Assembly (NCBI GenBank): GCA_049598495.1
Contig: JBMYNR010000001.1
Span: 64,001 to 128,000, forward strand
Origin: Opitutales bacterium
GTDB lineage: Bacteria; Verrucomicrobiota; Verrucomicrobiia; Opitutales; Coraliomargaritaceae
DNA: 64,000 nucleotides
Direction: 5' to 3'
Shown piece after piece: positions 1-8,567 of the stretch. How positions within the stretch are numbered: position 1 is the stretch's first letter; every line of letters starts with the position of its first letter. The position numbers and the translations under genes are program-made. The notes beneath the pieces were generated by a model. The model was not told the origin of the DNA. It did not search any database and saw only the letters and a program-made list of their open reading frames with translations.

Positions 1-317
1 ATTTTGTCGGCGATTTCGGTGGCGTCGTAGCCACGTTCCACTTCGACCCATACGGAGCCGTAGCCCTCGGCGGCCGTAGCGGCTATCTTTTTGATACCGC
101 TAACATCCTGTATGCGGTCTTCGATCAGTTCCACGATTCCGCTCTCAACCTCTTCCGGTGCGGCGCCCGGGTAGGGTATGGAGACATTGACCATGTTCAA
201 ATCGAGCTCGGGGAAAAGCTCCAGCTTGATCGATTTGGCCATAAAGAAGCCTGTCACGATGACAATGCCCGCGAGCAGATTGGCAGCCACGCCATTATTT
301 GTGAACCAACGGATCAT
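1..317 (-). CDS. RND efflux permease subunit (AcrB/AcrD/AcrF family), N-terminal part; runs off window edge
   Basis: Not in the ORF track. Manual translation from ATG at 317 gives MIRWFTNNGVAANLLAGIVIVTG, followed by KLELFPELD and PYPGAAPEEVESGIVELIED, a typical RND N-terminus. Lies downstream of the adaptor gene. Confidence 0.9.
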   Translation of the reverse strand, partial: MIRWFTNNGVAANLLAGIVIVTGFFMAKSIKLELFPELDLNMVNVSIPYPGAAPEEVESGIVELIEDRIQDVSGIKKIAATAAEGYGSVWVEVERGYDATEIADK

Positions 318-373
318 TTAAGGATGTATAATTATGGATGAGAGATGGGCGATGGAGGATCCGTCATGAGTCA

Positions 374-1507
374 TCATTCATTCGGTATCAGATCGACGGG
401 CATATTTTCGACGAAGTAGGCGATGGGGCTGACGGCGACGCGCTCTCCCGCCTCAATACCGCTGGAGATGATGACGGATTCGGTATCGCTTTTTAGAATC
501 TCAACCTTGCGTGTGGTGAGGGTCTTCTCATCTGTAACTACGTAGACGGTGTTGGATCCGCGCAGGGCGAATCGTGGAAGTCTATAGACCTCGCTGACCG
601 TGCGGCCTTCGATTTCGGCATCCATAAACTGGCCGCGGCGTAAAGTTTGCAAATGGGTCGCCGAAGGTTCAAAGGGGTTGTCGAGCGCGGCAACAACGTA
701 GAGCAGTCGACTTTTGGGATTCACGGTCGCCTCGATGCGGGCAAAGCGGGCGGTCCACACGGGCGAATCGGGGGTGTTCGCCTTACGCAACTGTACAAAG
801 CGTTGGCGACGGTCGCGTGTTTGGAGGAATTCGGCCTCGCGGGTGCTAATGGGTAGCCTTATCTCAGCTTGATCGGTAGCAAAGACCCGGGCGACAGGGT
901 TACCCGGATTACCAATGACGAACTGTCCGAGGTCGACCATGGTTTCGAGGACTCGACCATCGTAGGGTGCGAGGATCTTGGTTCGGGCAAGGTCCCGCTC
1001 GGCTCGGTTAAGGGCGGCCTTGGCGGCGGCGATGCGCGCCTTAGCTTGGGCGAGTTGTGGCTTACGTAGGGTGAGATCACTGGCTTTTCCCTCGCCGAGG
1101 GCCGTCCAGTCGGCGGCAGCTTGCTCGGCCAGAGCGGTCTCTTGCGCAAGCGCGAGCTCAGCGTTAGCGAGTTCGGCTGCTTGGGCCGTGACCGCGGCAA
1201 AATAGTCGGCCGGATCTATTTCGAGGAGTCGATCGTTTTTGCGTATATAGCCACCTGCTTGGAAGGCATCGCTGACATGAATGATTCGGCCGCTTACCTC
1301 AGCAGAGAGATCAGACTCTGTGCGGGGGAGTAGAGTGCCTTGGCTCCGGACGGTGAGAGTGACGGTCTCCGGTTGTGCGGTAATGATCTCGACGCTGGTG
1401 ACGGGGCGCTCGGGCGTGACCTCGTTCGCATCCGGCTTAAAAACCAATAGGAGCACGAATAGAATCAAGGCGCCAAGCAGGATGACGAGAGGAAGGAGCT
1501 TTTTCAT
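374..1507 (-). CDS. RND efflux periplasmic adaptor (membrane fusion protein)
   Basis: N-terminal membrane anchor, lipoyl-like SAEVSGRI and ILAPYDGRV motifs flanking a coiled-coil hairpin; operon context. Confidence 0.93.
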   Translation of the reverse strand: MKKLLPLVILLGALILFVLLLVFKPDANEVTPERPVTSVEIITAQPETVTLTVRSQGTLLPRTESDLSAEVSGRIIHVSDAFQAGGYIRKNDRLLEIDPADYFAAVTAQAAELANAELALAQETALAEQAAADWTALGEGKASDLTLRKPQLAQAKARIAAAKAALNRAERDLARTKILAPYDGRVLETMVDLGQFVIGNPGNPVARVFATDQAEIRLPISTREAEFLQTRDRRQRFVQLRKANTPDSPVWTARFARIEATVNPKSRLLYVVAALDNPFEPSATHLQTLRRGQFMDAEIEGRTVSEVYRLPRFALRGSNTVYVVTDEKTLTTRKVEILKSDTESVIISSGIEAGERVAVSPIAYFVENMPVDLIPNE

Positions 1508-2907
1508 TGTTCGGAATTAAATGGTCCGCCGAGGGCGAGGTAGAGATCCACACGGTTCTGCAGGATCAGGTGGTTAATGGAAACGAGGCGAGCGCTGGCC
1601 AGATCGGCGGTGCGCTGCGCATCGAGGGCACTGAGAAAGGTGCCTGTCCCGTTGCTGTAGCGATCCCAGGCGAGTTTCTCGCTGGCGACCGCTTCTTCGG
1701 CCGCCAGTGAGAGTTTGGCCTGCTCGCTGCGGAGAAAGGCCTCGGCGGCTAGGGAGCTTTCCACCTCGTAAAAGGCGCGCAGAGCGAGGTTCCGGTAGTT
1801 CGCTGCAGCTTGATCGCGGATCGCGGTGTTGCGGTCGATGTTGGCAAGAATACGGCCACCTTGAAAGATGGGTTGGGTTAGGTTGCCCGCAAGGCTCCAA
1901 ACGCTGAAGTCGCCGTCGAGCAGGTCGTCAAATGCTTGGGAGGAAGTACCCCCCGAGGCGGTTAGGCTGATGGAAGGGAGAAGAGCCTTTTTGGCGGCGC
2001 GGCGTTCACGCTTAGTGGATGCGAGTTGACGCTCGGCTGCGATCAGATCTGGGCGCCGCTGAAGCAAATCGGCGGGCAGACCGGCTGGAATGCGGACGGG
2101 TAGATCCGGCAGGCGTGCGCTCGAATTGGCGACGCCAGCCGGGTAGCGACCGAGGAGATTTTCGAGTTGACGGGCGGCGCGATCCAAAGCGCGTTGACGG
2201 GCCGTCGCGTCGGCTTCGGCGGATGTGGCTTGTGTGCGTATGCGGCGAAGATCGAAGCCTTCGCTGAGGCCGCGCTTGAAACGTGCCTCCAATGAGGCCT
2301 GATGGTCGAGGTAGGCTTGGGCGATGCGATTCGCGAGTTCGAACTGCTGACGGGCTTCGATCAGATTGAGCCAGGCCTTGGTTGTCTGAGCGGCCAGCGA
2401 GAGGGCAGCGGCATCGAGCTCGGCTTGGCTGGCCTCGACTCGCGCAAGCGCCGCCGAACTGCGGTCACGCAGGCGGCCCCAGAGGTCGATTTCCCAGCTA
2501 AGATTCAGTGCGAGATCGAAATTATCAAAATTTATGCCGCCTGTTGGAGTCGGCCCGAAAGTGCTAATCTGTTGGCGGTTGGCCTTCAGTCCGAGCCCAG
2601 CCTCGGGCAATTGGTCGGCTCCGGCGATTCGTGCCTCAGCCATGCTCTGAGCAAAGCGAGCAGCGGTGGCTTCGAGCCCCGGGTTATTCTCGAGCGCTTC
2701 CTTAACTAAGGCCTCCAGTTCGGGGGCGTTCAGATCAGTTAGCCAGGCAGTCGGTGCTTCGGTGGAGGCACGACTGGTCCACTGTTCCGGTGTGTCAATT
2801 GCCGGCGGCGTGCTTTGTTTGGGCGCAGTTGTGCATGCCCCGAGAAAGACTGCGCCAAAGGGGAGCAGGGCGCGTATGCGTCTCAGATATGTCGATCTTC
2901 GTTTCAT
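1504..2907 (-). CDS. Outer-membrane efflux lipoprotein (NodT/OprM/TolC family)
   Basis: Lipobox LGAC, SWEIDLWGR, LLQRRPDL, C-terminal LYLALGG. Confidence 0.95.
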   Translation of the reverse strand: MKRRSTYLRRIRALLPFGAVFLGACTTAPKQSTPPAIDTPEQWTSRASTEAPTAWLTDLNAPELEALVKEALENNPGLEATAARFAQSMAEARIAGADQLPEAGLGLKANRQQISTFGPTPTGGINFDNFDLALNLSWEIDLWGRLRDRSSAALARVEASQAELDAAALSLAAQTTKAWLNLIEARQQFELANRIAQAYLDHQASLEARFKRGLSEGFDLRRIRTQATSAEADATARQRALDRAARQLENLLGRYPAGVANSSARLPDLPVRIPAGLPADLLQRRPDLIAAERQLASTKRERRAAKKALLPSISLTASGGTSSQAFDDLLDGDFSVWSLAGNLTQPIFQGGRILANIDRNTAIRDQAAANYRNLALRAFYEVESSLAAEAFLRSEQAKLSLAAEEAVASEKLAWDRYSNGTGTFLSALDAQRTADLASARLVSINHLILQNRVDLYLALGGPFNSEQ

Positions 2908-3560
2908 TGTTGTTTGAATCCCGCCACCACGTAGGCATTCAATTCAGAAAGTATTCTATCGAGATTGGAGCCGTCCAACTTACCGTCTGAAATGACTTTG
3001 AGCCTTACTTGCTCGATTACCGTGCCGAGCATGGTGCTGACCGAAAGAAAGAAACGGTATTGCAGGTCTTCCTGGGAGAGTTCCGGACAGCTTCGGTGAA
3101 TCTCAGCAATGAAACGCATCGAGAGTTCGGCAAAGAACTCTTTGTGCAAGTTCCGCATGAAGTCGGCCGGCTCAGTCAGCGCGCGACCGATCATCCTCGT
3201 CAGGGTGCTGTCTGTTACAGGTGCATCGCCGACACCGATAAACAGTGGACGGAAGAGTGCATCGAAAATGTCCTCGAGCGGAACGGGGCTGGGGTGGTGT
3301 TGCTCGATGGACGCATCGAGGAGACGCAAGCGCTCCTGGTTGATCGGTTCGAAGCGATGTCGGACGATTGCCCGCATGAGTCCTGATTTGGAGCCGAAGT
3401 GGTAGTTGACTGCAGCGAGGTTGACGCGGGCCTCCTTTGTGACTTCGCGCAGAGCCATCGCACGGTAGCCCCCACGGGCAAAAATCTTCTCCGCAGCCCG
3501 CATGATACGCCTGCGGGTTCTATCCGAGACGGAATGCTTGATTTCGAGCGATGACTTCAT
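2904..3560 (-). CDS. TetR/AcrR family regulator, PsrA-like
   Basis: TetR HTH (VNLAAVNYHFGSK); first gene of the efflux operon, with a 4-nt overlap to the next gene. Confidence 0.92.
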   Translation of the reverse strand: MKSSLEIKHSVSDRTRRRIMRAAEKIFARGGYRAMALREVTKEARVNLAAVNYHFGSKSGLMRAIVRHRFEPINQERLRLLDASIEQHHPSPVPLEDIFDALFRPLFIGVGDAPVTDSTLTRMIGRALTEPADFMRNLHKEFFAELSMRFIAEIHRSCPELSQEDLQYRFFLSVSTMLGTVIEQVRLKVISDGKLDGSNLDRILSELNAYVVAGFKQQ

Positions 3561-3562
3561 TT

Positions 3563-3580
3563 TTCAAACAATTGTTTAAA
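3563..3580. promoter_or_regulatory. Palindromic operator, probable TetR autoregulatory site
   Basis: TTCAAACAATTGTTTAAA with a perfect 12-bp core AAACAATTGTTT (3566-3577) just upstream of the tetR start, overlapping the predicted -10. Confidence 0.7.
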
Positions 3581-3793
3581 TATAATCCGAGGTCAATCAA
3601 CTGAAGTAGAATTTGTGAGTGTCGGGCATTGAGCTTGAATGCCGTTTCGTCATGTGGGTTGCATTGGCCCGGGAGCGGCGTCGACTAGGTCGAGCCTTAG
3701 GAAGTATGCCGTGTCAAAAGCTCGAGCCCTAGGATTGAGATTTGTAGCGATTCCCTCCTTGTCAGCCATCCTGAGCAGGGCTTTGCTAGCACT

Positions 3794-4729
3794 ATGTCTG
3801 AAGATGTGAACATTCGCTGTGGTGTCGTCGGGACGGGGTATCTCGGCCAGCACCACGCACGCATTTATGCGGCTCTGGATTCCTGTGAGCTTGTTGGTAT
3901 TGTGGAGGCAGACGACGATCGGGCAAAGGAGATATGCGCGAAATATGGTTGTGAGCGTTTTGATACTGCGGAGGCACTGGCAGGCCAGTGTGATGCGGTG
4001 AGTGTGGTCGTGCCGACAGATCGACACTGCGATGTGGCGGTGCCGCTCCTGCTTGGGGGCTGTCATTTACTGATCGAAAAACCGCTTTGCACCAGCCTGG
4101 TTGAAGCGGAAGAAATTCTCTCGGCGGCCCGTTCTCGGGGGTGTATTGTTCAGGTTGGGCATATCGAGCATTACAATCCTGTTATGGGGTATCTTGAAAA
4201 TGCGGTCACGCAGCCACAGTTTATCACGGCAGATCGCTTGGCACCGTTTAATCCGCGTGGCACAGAGGTGGGTGTTGTGCTTGATTTGATGATCCACGAT
4301 CTCGGTGTGATCCTCGCACTGGTCCGTTCACCAGTGAAACAGCTTGATGCTGTCGGTGTGAATGTGCTTTCCAGTTCGGAGGATATCGCCAATGCCCGCA
4401 TTACCTTTGAGAACGGTTGTGTGGCCAATATCAACACGAGCCGTGTGAGTCAGAAGAAGGTACGCGAGATCCGTGTCTTCCAGCCGCAGAATTATCTTTC
4501 TATTAATTTCCAGGATCAGAGTGGGCATTTCCTGCGCAAAGAAGGTAGTGAGCTCGTGCGGGAGGAAATCCCGATTGAAAAAGAGGAACCCCTAAAGCTA
4601 GAGCTGGAGTCGTTCGTTCAGGTGGTGAGGGAAGCGGGTAAGCCCAAGGTGGGTGCCGAGCTTGGAAAAACGGCGCTGGAACTGGCGATTCAGATAACCG
4701 AACTCATTCATTCTGAGAATGGTTTATGA
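3794..4729 (+). CDS. Gfo/Idh/MocA oxidoreductase, GnnA-like (UDP-GlcNAc 3-dehydrogenase candidate)
   Basis: GVVGTGYLG Rossmann motif, EKP, DLMIHD; adjacent to lpxB. Confidence 0.85.
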   Translation: MSEDVNIRCGVVGTGYLGQHHARIYAALDSCELVGIVEADDDRAKEICAKYGCERFDTAEALAGQCDAVSVVVPTDRHCDVAVPLLLGGCHLLIEKPLCTSLVEAEEILSAARSRGCIVQVGHIEHYNPVMGYLENAVTQPQFITADRLAPFNPRGTEVGVVLDLMIHDLGVILALVRSPVKQLDAVGVNVLSSSEDIANARITFENGCVANINTSRVSQKKVREIRVFQPQNYLSINFQDQSGHFLRKEGSELVREEIPIEKEEPLKLELESFVQVVREAGKPKVGAELGKTALELAIQITELIHSENGL

Positions 4730-4747
4730 TTTGTCTTTTTGAAACGT

Positions 4748-4822
4748 GTAGGGGTGTCGCTTTCGGCGCCCGCCCAGCGAATCTTGGAATGCCTACTCGG
4801 GTGCCGCGAGCGGCGCCCCTAC
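4748..4822. repeat. GTAG-type REP doublet (REPIN-like)
   Basis: GTAGGGGTGTCGCTTTCGGCGCCCG ... CGGGTGCCGCGAGCGGCGCCCCTAC, inverted arms, intergenic. Confidence 0.75.
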
Positions 4823-4828
4823 GTTATT

Positions 4829-6010
4829 ATGTCTGACTTACTTACAGAGGCGACGGAGTTCCCCGTCCCGATCGGAGGTTCTCCGGATTTATTGATGATC
4901 GCCGGGGAACACTCAGGTGATGAACATGCTGCGCAGCTGTTGGCGGATCTTCTTTGTGAGCAACCCGACTTGAAAGTGGCTTGTCTTGGGGGTGTGGAGC
5001 TGCAAGCCGCAGGCGCCCAACTGCTTTATGATCTGACTGCCGTCTCGATTGTCGGTTTTGTTGAAGTCGTTCGGCATTATAGCTTTTTCAAAGATCTCTT
5101 TGACCGAACCCTCGATTGGATTGAACGTCACCAGCCTAGGCATATATGTTTTGTCGATTATCCGGGCTTTAATCTACGTCTTGCAGATCATTTGACACGG
5201 CGCGGCTTGAGTAAGAAAGGTGGCGGCTCTATCGGGCTGAGTTATTATATTGGCCCGCAGGTTTGGGCGTGGAAGGCGAAACGTCGCTTCAAGATGGCGG
5301 AGTTCATCGACCGACTCGGGGTGATCTTTCCCTTTGAGTTGGATTGTTATGCGGATACCGATCTTCCGACGGAGTTTGTTGGGCATCCATTCGCGCGGAC
5401 GAGTTATATGCCTCCCTTCTTCTATGATGCGGAGGCGCCGGTTCTCCTCCTGCCGGGTAGCCGTTCGGCCGCGGTCGGGCGAATCTTTCCGCTCCTTTTG
5501 GAGGGCTTTAAGAAGGCTCGCGAGCAGTATCCGGCTCTTCGTGCTCAGGTGATTTATCCGAGTTCGAAGATTCTGCAGCTTTTAGAAACTCAGCTTTCGG
5601 ATCACTCCGAGTTGGTTGAGGCGATTGAATTTGTGCCGAACGCCAGTGAGTGCCTGCCTGCTAGTGCGGTCCTTATGAGCTCCGGCACCATGTCGCTGGC
5701 GTGCGCGCTCTCAGGCATACCCGGTGCCATTGCCTACCGCTTAAACCCCATGAGCTACTGGCTTGGGCGCTTGCTTGTTAATATCAAGTTTATCGGGATC
5801 GCCAACCTACTGCTCGATCGCGCGCTGCACCCGGAATACATTCAAGGTGCCGCGACGGGAGATAAGCTGGGCTCAGAACTCAAGCGTGCGCTCGGTGATG
5901 CCGAAGCGGCTGAGGTTGCGGCAAGCAGTTCAGTCGCACTCCGAGGTTTGCTCGGCTCGGGTTGTGACAGGTCGGCTGCTCACTGGCTGGCGGCGGGACT
6001 TGATATCTAA
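4829..6010 (+). CDS. lpxB: Lipid-A-disaccharide synthase
   Basis: AGEHSGD, VDYPGFN, PQVWAW, FVGHP, LLPGSR, SGT motifs. Start set at ATG 4829 because the upstream TTG extension reads through a REP. Confidence 0.95.
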   Translation: MSDLLTEATEFPVPIGGSPDLLMIAGEHSGDEHAAQLLADLLCEQPDLKVACLGGVELQAAGAQLLYDLTAVSIVGFVEVVRHYSFFKDLFDRTLDWIERHQPRHICFVDYPGFNLRLADHLTRRGLSKKGGGSIGLSYYIGPQVWAWKAKRRFKMAEFIDRLGVIFPFELDCYADTDLPTEFVGHPFARTSYMPPFFYDAEAPVLLLPGSRSAAVGRIFPLLLEGFKKAREQYPALRAQVIYPSSKILQLLETQLSDHSELVEAIEFVPNASECLPASAVLMSSGTMSLACALSGIPGAIAYRLNPMSYWLGRLLVNIKFIGIANLLLDRALHPEYIQGAATGDKLGSELKRALGDAEAAEVAASSSVALRGLLGSGCDRSAAHWLAAGLDI

Positions 6011-6267
6011 GCACCGATTACGACGTCGGCATCCCCCCTCGGTTGGCAACAGCAGAGCAAGGCGTGACCCGTGTCTGGTTCGCCTGTGTGGCCGTTGGGA
6101 TATTCGACTTCGCCGGTGATGACGGGTTGCTGGCAGGCAGTGCAGTTACCCATTCGGCAACCATAGTCGAGGTCGAGGCCATTGGCCTCGGCGAGTTCGA
6201 GAATGCTCTCATCGTCTCCCGTCCATTCGAATGAGAGTCCTGCTTTCTGAAAAATTATCTTAGGCAT
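6007..6267 (-). CDS. 2Fe-2S ferredoxin-type protein
   Basis: CRMGNCTAC...LLCC pattern; start MPKIIF at 6267. Confidence 0.9.
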   Translation of the reverse strand: MPKIIFQKAGLSFEWTGDDESILELAEANGLDLDYGCRMGNCTACQQPVITGEVEYPNGHTGEPDTGHALLCCCQPRGDADVVIGA

Positions 6268-6379
6268 GGATGCTAGAGAAATGAATCCCGCTAAGAATGC
6301 AAATCGTGATTCGATATACCTGCCGTCTTTAGAAATTTGCACTTGTATCCTGTTGCTAGATGTTGATACCCCGAGGGAC

Positions 6380-6610
6380 ATGTCGAAGATCCGACAAATT
6401 GATTACTCCACGCCGAGAACGCTCATTTCTTACAACGGAAGGCGGACTGTTCGGATGACAGGGGAGGAGACGCGCTACAGATTCTCGGGTGTGCTGATCG
6501 CGGGCGAGGAGGATGCCTTTGCGAAAATCGGCGAAGAGCGCAAGGATTGGCAGAAAAGCGCCTTTCCTTTGCCCTGGACGGATTCGCCTGATGTGGTCGC
6601 GCCGGACTGA
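6380..6610 (+). CDS. Hypothetical 76-aa protein or gene fragment
   Basis: ATG preceded by GAGGGA; no recognisable motif. Confidence 0.35.
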   Translation: MSKIRQIDYSTPRTLISYNGRRTVRMTGEETRYRFSGVLIAGEEDAFAKIGEERKDWQKSAFPLPWTDSPDVVAPD

Positions 6611-6659
6611 TTGATCCTGTTTGCCTGCGCCAATCTGGCAGCGCTTGACTATATACGAT

Positions 6660-6799
6660 ATGGGGACGATCGTAGATATCCCGGACGAACTGGTGGCTTC
6701 ACTGGATCAAGTGCGCGAGGAAGGCTGTATGCTTGTGACCAGAAATACCCGGGATTTCGAGGTGGAATGGCCGGATGTGGGGGAACCCTATCGTTGTGA
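6660..6799 (+). pseudogene. Collapsed vapBC-like remnant (RHH antitoxin N-terminus fused to PIN toxin C-terminus)
   Basis: MGTIVDIPDELVASLDQ resembles CopG/RHH antitoxin starts; GCMLVTRNTRDF...EPYR resembles VapC C-termini. Confidence 0.65.
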
Positions 6800-7008
6800 T
6801 CGAAATGGTAGCGAGACGGGTCCCTTTTTTAGAAATTCCAATGCACTGGATGCGCATGATTTTCTCCCGCTCTGCGCTTGACAGGGGCTGGCCAAACAAC
6901 TTTTCTCTCCGCTTTTCTCAAATTCCGGCCCTCTGTGGCTCGCAACGCGCAACCTCCGCGTTCCCTAATTTCAGTTTTTCTTAATTTCAGCGTTTCAGCT
7001 TTTCTACT

Positions 7009-7284
7009 ATGGCACTTAAAATTCGTCTTCAACGTCACGGCGCAAGCCACCGTCCTTTCTACCGCATGGTTGTCACCGAAGCTCTCGCTCGTCGCGATGG
7101 CCGTTTCGTTGAGGTGCTCGGCACCTACGAACCTCAGGCCAAGCGCGCTGAGGACGAACTGAATCTCAAGCTCGACCGTGTAGACTACTGGAAGTCTGTA
7201 GGCGCGAAGCCCACGGACACTGCAGCCAGCCTTATCCGTAAGGCTCGCCGCGAAGCTCCGGTTGAAGCCAACGCTGAAGCGTAA
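7009..7284 (+). CDS. rpsP: 30S ribosomal protein S16
   Basis: MALKIRLQRHG...PFYRMVV...RDGRFVEVLGTY. Confidence 0.98.
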   Translation: MALKIRLQRHGASHRPFYRMVVTEALARRDGRFVEVLGTYEPQAKRAEDELNLKLDRVDYWKSVGAKPTDTAASLIRKARREAPVEANAEA

Positions 7285-7290
7285 AGAAAT

Positions 7291-7342
7291 GTAGCCGCGC
7301 CACTCTGTTGGCGCGCCAAAGGGCAACGGGTAACGTTGCTAC
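7291..7342. repeat. Degenerate GTAG...CTAC REP-like hairpin pair
   Basis: GTAGCCGCGCCACTCTGTTGGCGCG ... GCAACGGGTAACGTTGCTAC between rpsP and trmD. Confidence 0.5.
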
Positions 7343-7346
7343 GGCG

Positions 7347-8033
7347 ATGCACCTCGAGTTCGATATTTTAACCCTCTTCCCGGAAATGGTGGAGGGTTTT
7401 TTTGAGTCCAGTATGCTCGCCCGTGGGCAGAAGAACGGCCTAATCGAGGTGCGAACCCATCAATTGCGCGACTGGAGCACAGATAAGCACCATAAGACCG
7501 ATGAACTGCCCTATGGGGGTGGCGCCGGCATGGTGATGAAGCCCGAGCCAATTTTTGCTGCCGTTGAGGAGATTCGGAAACCGAAAACCAAGATGCTCTA
7601 CATGGCCCCCGATGGCGTGCCGCTAACCAGTCGGTTGGCTCGCGAACTCGCAGGTGAGGAGCACTTGATCATCCTCAGCGGTCACTACGAGGGCGTGGAC
7701 CAGCGGGTACGTGACGAGCTGGTGGATCTCGAGGTGAGTGTTGGCGACTATGTTCTGACCAATGGAACCCTTGCTGCGGCTGTTTTGATCGATTGTGTGA
7801 GTCGTTTTATACCCGGTTTTTTAGGGGACGAAAAATCCTTGACGGAGGAATCTTTCATGAGCACTTTGCTCGGCTTTCCTCAATACACGCGTCCTGCCGA
7901 TTTTCGCGGAATGCGGGTTCCTGAGGTCCTCTTATCCGGTGATCATGCAGCCATTGCGAAATGGCGGCGCGAGCAACAGATAGAAAAAACACGGCTCCGG
8001 CGTCCCGACCTCGGATCTCAACATTTAGACTAA
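7347..8033 (+). CDS. trmD: tRNA (guanine-N1)-methyltransferase
   Basis: ILTLFPEM, PYGGGAGMVMK, GHYEGVDQRV, SVGDYVL, PQYTRP. Confidence 0.98.
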   Translation: MHLEFDILTLFPEMVEGFFESSMLARGQKNGLIEVRTHQLRDWSTDKHHKTDELPYGGGAGMVMKPEPIFAAVEEIRKPKTKMLYMAPDGVPLTSRLARELAGEEHLIILSGHYEGVDQRVRDELVDLEVSVGDYVLTNGTLAAAVLIDCVSRFIPGFLGDEKSLTEESFMSTLLGFPQYTRPADFRGMRVPEVLLSGDHAAIAKWRREQQIEKTRLRRPDLGSQHLD

Positions 8034-8063
8034 AACACTTTATACAACCAACGGAGAAATCCT

Positions 8064-8432
8064 ATGAGCCAAGCAATCCTCGAAGAAATTACTAAAGACC
8101 AACTCACCGAAGACCGTGCGGACTTTAAGGTAGGTGATGGCGTTCGCGTCCACCTCAAAGTTAAGGAAGGTGACAAGACTCGTATCCAGGTTTTTGCCGG
8201 GATCGTGATCGCTCGTAAGGGCGGCGGCATCCAAGAAACTTTCACTGTGCGCCGCATCGCATCCGGTGTTGGTGTCGAGAAAGTATTCCCCGTTCACAGT
8301 CCTACGATTGAGAAGATCGAGATCGATCGTGAGTCCATCACTATGCGTGCACGCATGTATTACATGCGCGATCGCATTGGTAAAGCGGCCAATCAAGTTA
8401 AGGAGAAGCGCCTCGTCGAAGCAGGGCGTTAA
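8064..8432 (+). CDS. rplS: 50S ribosomal protein L19
   Basis: [10 protein letters not shown]...RIQVFAG...[18 protein letters not shown]. Confidence 0.98.
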   Translation: MSQAILEEITKDQLTEDRADFKVGDGVRVHLKVKEGDKTRIQVFAGIVIARKGGGIQETFTVRRIASGVGVEKVFPVHSPTIEKIEIDRESITMRARMYYMRDRIGKAANQVKEKRLVEAGR

Positions 8433-8485
8433 ATACCTTAATTAACTCCGTTAACCTGGTTAACCTAGGCGTCATCGATTTGAAG

Positions 8486-8514
8486 AAAGCCGTCCCTGCC
8501 GGGGCGGCTTTTTT
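8486..8514 (+). terminator. Intrinsic terminator after rplS
   Basis: GCCGTCCC-TGCC-GGGGCGGC stem followed by a T-tract. Confidence 0.85.
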
Positions 8515-8567
8515 CTTGTCTACGGCCAAGGCTTGGGCAAAGCTTCGATGCATATTCCGTGCCTCAT

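Noticed and set aside
4739..4828. TTG-started lpxB extension reading through a REP
   Set aside because: An ATG at 4829 lies right after the repeat and there is no coupling evidence, unlike gspJ
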